Assembly (NCBI GenBank): GCA_000708835.1
Contig: DF237394.1
Span: 13,788-77,787 of the forward strand
DNA from: Klebsormidium nitens
Lineage: Eukaryota > Plantae > Klebsormidiophyceae
Reading direction: 5' to 3'
DNA length: 64,000 bases
Each line of letters opens with the position of its first letter. The stretch's first letter is position 1. Below are positions 26,070 to 42,700 of the stretch, piece by piece. Made by a program: the position numbers and the translations under genes. Under the pieces are notes generated by a model. The model was not told the DNA's origin. It worked only from the letters and a program-made list of their open reading frames with translations, and did no database searches.

Positions 26070-26268
26070 ATACCGGTAACTCTCGTGTGACCTAACGGGC
26101 GTGTGACCCAAGATACGAGTAACCCGGGCACCTCAAACTAAAAACCTAACCCAATTAATCAGCCGCTCCGCACCCCAACCCACCCTAACCACCGTACCAA
26201 CCCCACCCGTCCCCCGGGTGCGTATCTTAGGTCACACGGCTCTTAGGTCACACGAGAGTTATCGGAGT
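26070..26268. mobile_element. MITE, Mutator-like (~200 bp)
   Basis: ~45-bp imperfect TIRs (ccggtaactctcgtgtgacctaa...gatacg / cgtatc...ttaggtcacacgagagttatcgg). Flanking 9-10-bp direct repeat ccaatcggg(a) at 26061 and 26269. Confidence 0.8.
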
Positions 26269-26708
26269 CCAATCGGGATTGCTCTCGAACAAACTACCTA
26301 AAGCCTGAAGGACTTGGGAGGACTTCGCAACCAATTATGCATGCGAGGAGCACTATGCAGTCAGCATCGAGCCAGTGACGGGATATGACAGCTGTTCTTC
26401 CAAGATTCCGCATGGTCATTGATGTTGGCCGATCATGCAAGCGAGATTTACGAGGATAAAGTCCCGATAAAGCGTCACATCGAACGCCTCGAAATGTCCT
26501 GTGCCCTGGCTTTGGCATCAAGAGTCTCAATCAGATCGTGAGCTGCCTGCCACTCACTCTAAGTGCCGAAGCGCCCTCATCAAGCCACTGGAGGTGGAGG
26601 CTGCAGCTGACGCTGTGGCGAGACTTGAAGTTGCTAAGTAGATTGCATCAAGACGCTTCTTCTTTCCTGTTTCGATTCTTGATTACAGTGTAGGCGCGCT
26701 GCACCAAC

Positions 26709-29412
26709 ATGGATGGCACTTTGCGTGACACTGCAGCGCTGGCGCCCGAGGAGCAGCCAAAGGGGCGCTCACAAGGTGAGTGCACCGGTCCGTGTTCGCT
26801 CCAAATACATGGCTGTCTGAATGATACTGCTGAGACCAAGCAGCCGAAGCTGTCTCCTGGCCCATATATCTTTAGTCAGCATCTGCACAGACCAGCCAAG
26901 GTGTGCTGCATGGCTGAGCACTCCCCAGCACTGCAAGCTCAAGCGTCGCATCATGCGGGGAGGCAAGGGAGGCTGCACTGATTGCTGCAGCATGCGGAAC
27001 GCACCCATTAGCCCCTCACATTGCAGAGCAGGACGAAGCCTAGCAATCAGCAGTTAGAGATCGATGGCGCAAGGGACTGGGTTGCAAGCTGAGGCCACCT
27101 GCAGGCTTGCTGAATGTGGCTCGTCTGGGTGCAGTCCAGCGTGTTTGTTTATGTTTGCAGCTTCGTCTTCGAGAACGCCTTCACGACTTCTGTGACGTCA
27201 CTAGCTCACTTGCAAGATAAACCTTGTGCTGATATCATCAAGGACTGGGCACTGGAAAGAGGCAAACAGAAGCAATGCTGGAGCAAAGCTCAGCTCGAAG
27301 CTCGAGTTACTGCTTCTCGTTTCTCACAGAGTGCCCACTTAGCATACAAGGACTTGACATTGCTCGGGCAGCTTGAAAGCGTAACAGTCACTTGAACCTC
27401 GATAGGATCAGTTGTTGGCAACCTCCTGGGTTTGACAAAGTCGACAACGAAACCGGTCACTTGGACAAATCCTAATCTGGAACAGAACAATGAAAAAACC
27501 ATGCACGAGGTGACATCAAGCATCCAGCTTGAATAAGGGGTGCCTCTCTTCATTTCAGACACGCATCCTGTCCCTGCCCCGACCATGCACCGACTCACAA
27601 AATCGTTCAAAACATTAGACGGTCTGCATTACTTGAGCACCCTCCGGTGATTCGGCGCCCACTTTTCTAGCAATAGTGTTCGTTTTGCATCGACGTTTGT
27701 CTCACCCCTGCTCTGTGTGCTGTGCTCTCGCAGCTGCCCCCTCCCGCCGCCCCTCCTTCGACTTTGGGACCAGCTTCGAGGTCAGCTTTCTTGCCGAGCA
27801 GTGCTCTGCTGCCACGTCAGGAGGCACGTGCCCCCTTCCGGAGGACCTCTTTCCGGACGTCACTGACTCCGACCACGTTCCCAGCTTCGACTTTGGCCCG
27901 GAGCGACAGGGAGGCGCCCTGTCCGTCTCGACCGGGTCCGAGGCGTTTACAATGCAAAGTCTGTCCACCAACGGGAGCTCAAGTGACGATCTGGACGAGC
28001 TGCTGACGTGGCTTGACAAAGACGGTAAGGAATACATGATGATGCTCGACCACCAGCGCAGGAAATTGGCATGAACGGCGCTTACTGCGGACTGCGCAGA
28101 GGACGTAATCGCCCGTCGGTTGCAGAGCCATTTAGTCTGTATGTCCTTGGATCCTTTTCGAGCTACATTGAGATGAGGCTGGAAGCACGTGGAAAAGCAT
28201 GCAATCGGCAGATCGCGACCAATCGAGTCGTCACTGATCCATGTGAAGCATGCGGTTGAAGTTCCAACAACGCCCACAACATTGCCAGGACATGACTTAA
28301 TACAGTACACACCACTCACTTCCATTCCGGTCGTCCATCTACATCCTTTCATTTCTTCTTTGCCAGTCCCGCTGCTGGGGTTCCGGCCGAGCGACGTGGG
28401 CGTTTCTCCTCTGCGCGGAGCAGCCGCGGAGCAGCAGGAGGTGACCTCCCCCGTTCCCTGCAGCCTCGATACTGCCTCGGAGCCGCGGCCGCGCTTCGCG
28501 GACCGCACTCCCCGACCGGAGGCGCCCGTGCCGTTGCTTCGCATCCGGATCAAGTCGCAGGCATGGACGCGGCCCGTCATTGTTGTCGCCGATCCCCCGG
28601 GCGCCGCGTTCAAGAAGCCCAGCTCCGTTGGGGTGCACTCGGTCCGGACGTTCCCCCCGACCAACACGGCCCCGCAGGCTGGCCGCTCACAGCGGAGCCC
28701 CAGCCTAGACGTGAACGGGCTGCAGAGCTGCGGCAGCACCGAGTCGTTCAAGTTCGTTGTGCCCGGCCCGACGCACGCGGTCAGCGGGGTGGCCGGCGAG
28801 GGGGGGTGTGTTGTCAAGAAAAGGCGTGCCGGCGGGCGGCACAAGAGGACGGACGCCTGGGCGGGGAAGCCTCTTCACGAGCCTCTGACTAACCCGCTCG
28901 TGGCGACTTTCACCTCAGAAGGCGATAGCCAGCTCGAGGGGCCGAACATGGACGACGCGTTTGCGAGCTTCTCTGGGCGGGGGATTGGAGAGATCTGTGC
29001 GGCGGAGACAGCGGAGCTGGAGGGCGAGGGAAGCGAGCCAGAGTTTGTGGACAATGTCTCCAGGCGGCCCGGGCTGAGGGTGGTCCGGAGGCGAATCCAC
29101 GTGGCACTTGAGGAGGACGGGGACGGCGGCGAAAGGGAGAGCCCGGGCCGGCAGGCCAAGTGGAAGCGGAAAGCACCGCGAGCTCCGCAGGTACGGTCCG
29201 CGATATGACCGCGGAAGGTGCAGGCGGCTCGTCAGATTGAAGGTTTAACTCTGGCCTTTATATTCTGTTAATCTGCTTCGTTCAAGAGCGTTTCAAGCTT
29301 GGCAGTGCGAGCGCTTACCAGCGATGTCCTTGCAGGCCCACCGCAGGGTGTTTGTCATCCCGCCGGCCATAGCCGAGGCGCCGACATCGGGGCTGGTGAT
29401 CGTGTGACGCAG
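26709..29412 (+). CDS. Hypothetical intrinsically disordered protein, possibly nuclear
   Basis: Phase-compatible exon chain 26709-26775(?), 27734-28024, ~28369-29190, ~29337-29412 with GT-AG junctions and GC-rich coding-like composition. Contains PSFDFG twice, LDELL and basic KKRR/KWKRK patches. No family recognised, and the first exon is tentative. Confidence 0.5.
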
Positions 29413-30784
29413 CACTGAAGATCGTCGCAGAGCTAGGCGAGTGGGGCCAGTGTCCTGAGCGATCGAGCACGGCGGGGCAGATTATGTATCCCCCACCCTT
29501 TTATTGTCCATTCTCCCGTCCGCACGCTCTGGCCAATCAGTACGGTACTAGCTGCACTTACCGGTTGGAGCATCTGCTCGAACGGATACTACGGTAGGTT
29601 CTCAGATTGCACTGATGTGTTGACTGCAGGAACGACACGTTCCGGCTGTGATGCGAATGAAAGATGTAGCAACCTCGAGCAAAGTCGTTTGGCGGGCCTT
29701 AGCTGAAGGTCTACTGCTGTACGCTTAAGCACTCAGGTTCCTTGTCCGACAACCGTGCATGTGTCGCATGATACAGGACCCTGAATATATAGTGCAGCGT
29801 GCACTGTTCAGATTGATTGCAGCTGGCTGATTGCTGTGCGCCGGTGAGTTGGTAGCATACACGGAATTGGCCTGATGAGTCGAGTTGAAGTTTCGAAGAT
29901 CCCGACTCGCGTTCGTTGCTCCTCGTGCACTCTAAAGGATGTATAGGTTCCGCAGAAACTGATGCTCAGCCGCTGTGTGCGTACATAGTCGGAGTATACT
30001 AGGTAGGGCATGCTATAACACGATCTGGATGCAATTTAGTCGCGGATGATAGAGCATAATGACGTATTGTTGACTCATAATCACAACGGTGCCACCATCA
30101 ATGGAAGCGCATGGGCGGCTGCCATGAATGCAGAACTTGTAAGCCCAACTGCTGCGGAAAATGCAACTGTTGCAGAAAACGTTAAATGGGTCATAGCTCA
30201 AAGCGTGGGCCAACATCGCATTCACATATATACTTATGCATGACAGAGCATGTCATGCCTCAATGATGGGAGTTCCAAAATTACGAGCTCCCAGCGCGCA
30301 CGCCATTAGTAACATGTAGGCCCTGCTCATCGGTTCACTGCAACTCGAGACATCAAATATCGCAATGAGTAGGTCCAGCCTTGGGCCTGCCTTGCTGTCG
30401 GCTACTTATTGATCTCAGTCCTTCGCAGCAGCCTAGATGAGACCTGTGCCAAATCTGGGCTGCGTCCTGTACCTCTAGACTGCAAATGCGACTCGATTAC
30501 TTTAAGCAGCCCGGAATCTCGAGTCTAGCTAACCACTTGCTCGTCGACTAGCACCACCTGTGCTAGCTCTTGACATCTTGGTTGTCTGCAGAGGTACTTT
30601 GAAGTATCTCTGCCTGACCTGCTTTCTGTGGCTGTGACCGGAAACGGAAAACGAGCTAGTCTTCCATAACAGTATACAAAATGGGCTCTTAGATGAGCTC
30701 ATCAACGGACTGTGCCCTATAGTGGTGCTTAGTTCTCACATGCGAGCAGAATTAACTCCCATCCTAAGTGGGTCTTGATTCCCC

Positions 30785-31934
30785 TCACCAAGGCCACTGG
30801 ACTGACTGCTTGCACACCATGTCCCCGCACCGGCAGACGGGCTTACCACCAGCCGCCCACCCATTGAAGCCTCGTTCAAGCACAAAGATCGTCGGCAGTT
30901 CAGGCGCAGCATCTCGCTGGGACTTGTCTTGACTGGCCAGAGCTTCGAGTTGCCTGTGGAGCTTGCGGGCACACGAGGGCCCGCGGACCTGGGCCAGAAG
31001 GAAATGTCAAGTCTTCATGATGGCACGAACGCAATTGGAGTGTTACTGCCCATGCCCCTTACCTGCTAGAACCTGAAAAAGTCTACGTGAACCTAGTGGA
31101 ATAATTCAGATGTGACTGGACCTCTGAGTGTTGACACAAGTCACAAGGAGCAGTAATGTCGCAGAGTGCGGCAATTCTGCAGAGAAAGCAGACTGTGAAG
31201 AGATAGTTTTTCGGTCCTTCTTCTGGATTCGCAAGGTTCTTTCCTCTGTTAATACACCGCCCATTTGGGCACGAGATGCATGATTCCCATCGAAGCTGAG
31301 CCACAACGGTCATTGCCAAGATCAGGAAACGACGTGCAATGCAAGGCGCACACCTGGCTGAGCGCGCAGTGCATGATGACAGCCTTCTTCCCCCTGATGG
31401 CTGGCCACAAACGGGGCAATGTGTCGTCAAACTCAGCACTTGCAAAGTGGAGGGACCCAGCTATGTGCCCGTCGTACTCGCGCTCATCGTCCCTGCCAGG
31501 ATAGCAGGTGACAAATCAGCGAGTTGTTGGGCTGGAAGATGCGTGCACTTTTGAAGCCCATGGCTTTGCGGCTCACTTCAAGTCGATGTGATGCTGCGCT
31601 TCTTGTCTGGACATGACTTTATGGGAGAGAGATTGGAGGAACAGATGCTTCTTCAAAAAGTATAAAGTGCAACACATTCACCAGTTGTATCAATGGTGCT
31701 CGAGTGCTTCACACATTCCTGATTCTACAGAGCTCAAGGTGGTCTGGTCGGACTGCAAGAGCAGACTCCCTCTCGCTCCAGGACAAAGGAGCTGGACTGG
31801 GCCAGGACAGCATACCGGACATCGACCACCACAAAATCTCTTGCGGCCGGGTCGGCTGGCCCTGCCTTCAGCCTGTCAACCAGCTCAGCAGCGGTGGCGT
31901 ACTCAATGTGCACGTATGATCCGGCCGCTGCCAT
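30785..31934 (-). CDS. ACR2: ACR2/CDC25-like single-domain rhodanese (arsenate reductase / phosphatase)
   Basis: Exons 31934-31816, 31492-31354, 30988-30785, GT-AG and in frame. The joined protein reads ...[25 protein letters not shown]...[17 protein letters not shown]...[27 protein letters not shown]..., with an HC(X5)R active site closely matching Arabidopsis ACR2/CDC25 as recalled. Confidence 0.92.
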
Positions 31935-32060
31935 CTATCTAAGCAAGAAAGGTCCCTCGACGGTACCACATTTGCGATCAATGGTGATGTAGCAGGCGGG
32001 CCAGGGGCGGGCCAGTCGAATGATTGCCAGGACTTGGTCACGGTAGCACCGTAGTACATC

Positions 32061-32101
32061 CTCTGCCAAGGCTCTCTGCCACAAGGCTCTCTGCCAAGGC
32101 T
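32061..32101. repeat. Short tandem repeat (ctctgcc[ac]aaggct x3) upstream of ACR2
   Basis: Three adjacent 13-15-bp units seen directly. Confidence 0.8.
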
Positions 32102-32197
32102 CCTATCTGGCCAGATTTTCGTTTCCTGTGTCATCCATGGAGTGCCGTACCTATAGCAAAATGAGGACCGGGCGGTACGCTCAACACTAGGAGGTAC

Positions 32198-32459
32198 CGT
32201 AGCGCCATTCCCATTCGCACTAAAACAATCCATTTTAGGCCGTTGCGAAAAAATCGAAATTAAGGTCTGGGCTTGGTGCGAAAATGCGAAGTGAAAGAAA
32301 ATCCAAAACCAGCATCGAAAGGGGCAAAACAGCCCTTAAAAACTGTAAAATGGGCTCAGTGCGAAAAAATAAAAACTATCCCATAACCTGGTGCGAAATG
32401 CCAGAACTTTAGAAATTAATTATTCGCACCAAGCTGGTGCGAATTTCAATGTCTCTACG
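32198..32459. mobile_element. Putative MITE (AT-rich core, imperfect TIRs)
   Basis: Left end gtagcgccattcccattcgcac vs reverse complement of right end gtagagacattgaaattcgcac (17/22). Flanked by aggtac direct repeats; the AT-rich interior has multiple (g/t)tgcgaa motifs. Confidence 0.55.
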
Positions 32460-33552
32460 AAGGTACGGTATGCCACGTGGTCTGATCGAGCAACTTGACT
32501 GGTTGTCAGTGCCACGAGGCCAGGGACCACAGTGCACACCCCCACGCAAGTACCGTATGGGGGTTCACGCAAGTACGGTACCTAGGCATCATGTCAAAAC
32601 ATACATATGTGCAGTGGCGTCCGGACATCCGGTCTTCTGAATTTCCTCGGTAGGGCTGGTGGCCGGTTCTCGGAGCTCCCTGGCGAGAAGACGAGGGGCC
32701 TGGTGGCCGGTGCCCGGTTTACCTACGTCTTGACAGCCTCCAAAAGTCACAGATCTCAGAAACAATTCCGCCTATAATAATTGAAACGACCTCGTATATA
32801 TGTATCTACCCTTGCCAGCCCCCTGCAAGAGATTAGGCCACATCAACCGGTCTCGAAGAAGATTGTCAAACGGGTTTTGTCAAATCGACAACTTGGGGGC
32901 CCAATCGCAAATGCTACACGTTGCCTGGCGCGTAAGTGTGGGTTAGGGCTTTCAGTTGGAAGTGCCCGGGGGCTCCTAGCTGGATACAACTTGAAGATCT
33001 GGGCCTGGGAAATGTGAGGGAGCTGCCAAATTAAGTACCGGTACTGTGACCTAGGACACAGGTAGGTACCCAGTAGGTACCTTCGTGCCGTTCATCCAAG
33101 CGCCCAGGGCCGCGCTGGGCGATCCCTCGGGCCCGGCCCTCGTCAAATTGGTCAACCCCAGTCATAGTACACCGACTCGGTACTTACCGTCCAAATTCGA
33201 CCGCCGACTCGCTTGTAGTCTTTAGAGGATGTGTCCGGTACCGTACCGCGAGGTTTATTCTGGGCATACCGGTAATTAAAAGCGGATGCCACCTGCGAAA
33301 ATGCCCCTTGTATGTGGACTGCTTGGAAAGAGAGGCGTCTGCAAGAATGCTCTGGAGTCTGGGGCGCCTCTACGGTACTTACCGTACCCCCATAATCCGC
33401 TGCCCAACGCACAGCCTGGGCGTGAAAGCACGCGTTGCATCTTGACAGCTCTGACGGCTGCACAGGTAGGCTCGAAGCCGAAGATTTACCTCGAGGTGTG
33501 CTGCTGCTAAAAGTGGGGTGTGGTCTTTTTTGCACCTCAAGGCCACAGCATA

Positions 33553-38383
<4,831 letters not shown>

Positions 38384-39719
38384 TCCACCAGCTCTTTCAG
38401 CATATCCTCCAAACAAACAGAAGACCCGCTTTTTGCTAAGTTGCAAGCAGTGTCGCTGTTGGGACAGCCAGATGTCGGCCGAGTGCCTGCTGGTCTCACT
38501 CCTCAGACTTCGCGACGACAGTGCAAGTGCTCAACTGTGCCAGGATAGCACGGAGTCGAGTCGACCACTTTTTGATTCTACAAACTTTTAAGCAGAAGAG
38601 GACTTGAAGTGCTCGCAGTGCTGAAGATAGAAGCAATGCAAAGATGGCGGACTTAGCGGTTGCACTTTCCTACTATACATACAGAGACAATTGAAGTGCG
38701 GTTCAGGTACGTTCTACTTAGACAAGTTGGGAGTCTGGACTTTCAGCGCCCTTCAATGTAGCGCTTGGAGATGCACACTTACTCCAGGCGTTTGTCCAAT
38801 CAAGTCAAACTTTTACAATCAAGTACAATTGATCACTCTGTTGGATCTGCAAAAGCAAAGACAAGGCCTTTAGTCTCATCTTCGAGAAGAAAACAAGTCT
38901 TCTCACAACAATCCCATTGACACCATAGCGAACTCCAGTCAAGTTTGTTGGCCTCTCATGTGTACACACTGTCTAGTTAGTAAAGCTTGAAGTGCAGCAG
39001 ATTGACATGACCCCGCCTACATGCGGAAATGGTAAAGTGACGGTGCTCGGTTCCCAACACGATGATGCAATTGGGGCACGCGCATCACAGGTTAAAGCCT
39101 GCCGGGTGCCAAAACCCTGCTCATCACCAAATGGAACCTAGCTTGAGCTAGATATGAGGACTTGCCCCATCGGTTGGCCATGATAGACAGTGCACGACAA
39201 AGTCGCTCTAGTCGCATAGTGCTTGCAAACACACCATTGCACGCGTGGCACATGCATAGGTTTTTCCAGTTGTCTGCCCCTCTTATCGCCACAATCTGCA
39301 GAATCTTGCTTCCAGTATAAAAGCATACTCAAAGAGGGTGCTTGCTTGAACGCATTCTCGTCTTATGCTTCCATTCGTTCCATCAATCATTCATTCATGC
39401 ATCAGATTCAAGAAGCTTGATAGCTGCATTCCTGAATTTACTCAAGAGCTAAGCCACCATTCAATGCGAGTTGGGCAGTGGTCCTAGGCTACTAGGTACA
39501 GGCTACGGTAGCAGTACCTACCGGTACTAGAGGACTAGAGCTCGCTAGTCTCGTAGGTATACGGTACTGACGAAGTTTCATTGTTCTCTAGGAGGGACAT
39601 AGCAATAGGTTCAAAGCCACCAGCATTGAACTCTGCGCATCAACTGGGATGAGTTCATCTATGCTCTAGCAGCCCCGAGTTGCGCAGCATTGTGGGGTTG
39701 TGCTGCTGCTCGGTGCCCC

Positions 39720-42700
39720 ATGTCGCGCCCTTCCCCTCGCCCGGTGCTCAACCTGAGCGGGGCCGCCATCCATGGGCCCGAGGAGGAGAAGCACCCCAGC
39801 ATCCTGCTGCCCAACCAGCAGCAAGACGTCAGCCACTTTGCAATCGACATTGGAGGTAGGCACAGACGCCGGTCTTGTTGGCACATCGAACCTGTGGGCC
39901 CTTGAATCGTACAGAGGCGATCAAAATGTATTGCAGCCGCGTCACGTTAGACAAAGTTTACAATGTGTTCATCCGGCTGAAAACCAGTGGTGCTGGGTGT
40001 GATATGCCCCATGTCTGGCGATAGATGCATTGTGATGGTGCTGAAAAGGGGCCCTCGCTGTTTCTGGCAGCTAATGAGATTGATTGAGAGGTCAATCCTT
40101 CAAAATATGAGTTTTACTTGGAGGCACAGGCCCCGCTGACTTGCGCTCCTTGTGATGTCAGGCTCTCTCATCAAGCTGGTCTACTTCTCCAAGCACCCCG
40201 ACTCCACACCTCCGCTGGACCGAAGCAAGGGGCAAACACGCCCCCCAACGCCCCCTCAAGCCCCCGATGCTCTCCAAGGTATGCTGCCTGTGTGCTTCCT
40301 GATCTCGCCAGTAGGCCCCGTTTGATAAGTGCGTCTAATCAGTAGGCCTGCCGTTGATGCAGTCTGTTAATTCTTGAAAACCTTGTGTGAGCCATTGTGT
40401 GGTGTACGCACCCCCACGTGAAACTGGCCCTTGCAGAGCGCGCCAGCAGCCATGAGGGCGCCGGCACTTCCAAGGCTGCTGTCTCCTCCCCCCGCCTCAG
40501 CAGCTGGCCCTCGCTGCGCGCCGCTCTGCGCAAAGGCGGCCGCCTCCACTTCGTCAAGTTTGAGACTGCCAAGTTGAGCGGTGAGACATGCTGAGGGCAG
40601 ATCTCCTATGCCGGGTCAGAGGGAGCCTGTCAAACAGGATCACCCCTCCAAGGAGACACAAGCTGCAACTAGCGGTGCCAGATATTGCTTGGGACGCTTC
40701 CTCTCCACTGGTGTGTTCAGCAATTCAGCTCTACATCCTCACTTGATTTTCGGCCTCCATCTCAAAGAGGCTTCTGTTTTTGTGCAGAGTGCCTGGAGTT
40801 CATCGAACAGAAGAAGCTGCACTATTACAAGTGAGCCACCGCATCTAGGACAGCGTTCTTTTATATGGTCAATTGAAAGCCCGGGCTCAGCGCTCGGGAT
40901 GAAGGATCATGAGACGCACTGATTGCCTTTTGTCGAAGCGTCCCCGAAAATGTAATTTGGCAATTCCCATGATCATGCATTTTGTGTCGTTTGTCAACAG
41001 TGCCATGGGGCTGGAGGGGCAGGAGGACACGGTGTGGGGCTACGGCGCAGCCAAGGACGTCACCATCAAGGTGGGCACTCATGCCGCCACCCTGGCAGGC
41101 CAGGCCCAGCTGTCAGCAGTGCGGCATCGCTGGTGTAATGACCTGTCTCTTTCGAAGCTCAGTCATCTTTGCCGTTGAGTGCGCTTGAAAAGGAAGTCCG
41201 GGCAAGGGCGTCGAGGTCTTGATCGCGCCACATGTTGATCGTCTGTGTGTGGCAGGCGACGGGCGGGGGTGCGTTCAAGTACGCTGACGTGTTCAAGGAG
41301 CGGATGGGCATCACGCTGGAGAAGGAGGACGAGATGGAGTGCCTCGTGGCGGGGGCCAACTTCCTGCTCAAGGCAAGCCTCTGCACACCACCCCCAGCAC
41401 GCCAGCGGGGAACTGCAGGGGGAACCGCACAGCTTATGAAAGAATCCATGGCCGAGTCATGAATGCGGGATCGGTGCGCGTTGAACGAACAACAATGTGG
41501 GGTGCTCGTGAAGCAGGGAATGCTGAGCGCGTTATGTTATGAGCAAACATCGCCCGGCTGCTTTTTTGAAGCTGGACCAAGCTCGAAGGACGACGACTTA
41601 AAAGTGGGCCCACAACGTTCACAGGCGCAGGTGCCCGCTTGGCTGACCCGAATCCCGCGTGCAGGCGGTGCGCGACGAGGCGTACACGCACATGGACGGC
41701 CGGAAGCAGTTCGTGCACTTCTCGCAGCCCAGCGACCTCTTCCCGTACCTGCTCGTCAACATCGGCTCCGGCGTCAGCATGATCAAGGTGCGCACACGAC
41801 CGTATCCTGGCCCCTCCGTGGGCGGGGGCGTTCGAGGTCTTGGTTCGATTTCGTCAGAAATTACTATTTTCAAAGTGCCTTCCCTCAACACACTTCTGAA
41901 TCAAACCCTGTATCAAGGTGCCTGTCAACGGGGAGCTGGTTTCTAGAATAGGTAGAAGGTAGAAGTCGCTCTACAAGGGGCTCGAAGGTGGTTCCCAGAG
42001 ACACTTGTCTAGAACATCCGAGTCCCACACCACGCATCAAACCTGCCACTTTCGGGCAACGCGTTTGTGCCTTGGCTCATAAGGTCGCCGTTGGCGTCCT
42101 CCCAATCGTGCTGCAGAGACTGGCACCTGCGCGCCAGCGTGTGTGCACCGCCGGCTGAGGCTGTACGTGGGTGGGCGTGCAGGTGAACGAGGACAGCTCC
42201 TTTGAGCGCGTAAGCGGCACCAACCTGGGGGGCGGCACCTTCTGGGGGCTCGGCCGCCTCCTCACCAAGTGCTCCAGGTCCGTGCTCGATCATCTGCGCC
42301 GCTCGTCGTACTTCCTTGTCTAGCTCTAGTCCTTCCGGTGCGATCCCGATCGATCACTCGAGGCTATCCCAGATCGTTGGCAGGGCATGTCCAACATTGT
42401 GGTCGCTCAATTATCGAAATAACGGTCTTTTCCCCCTCTCCGCTTTGCCGCCCAGTGCAGCATCTGACAGATGATACGCTTATGAAGACAGCTAGTGCCG
42501 TTCCGCACAAGTCGCATGCTGATACTCTCAGCACCATATCAGGAGGGCGGTGTGGTCCGAGCATGAGGACTGACGTCGCGCGCTATGTGTGCAGCTTTGA
42601 CGAGATCCTGGAGATGACGCGGCGCGGCGACAACAGTGCTGTGGACATGCTAGTGGGGGACATCTACGGCGGCATGGACTACAGCAAGGTGCGCCCGAAC

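Noticed and set aside
30785-31934. Mitotic Cdc25 cell-cycle phosphatase
   Set aside because: Single rhodanese domain with no N-terminal regulatory region; it matches the ACR2-type small proteins.
41275-42270. PanK domain as a pseudokinase like human PANK4
   Set aside because: The catalytic Glu (DEMECL) and the substrate-binding Arg (ERVSGT) are retained, as in active plant PANK2.
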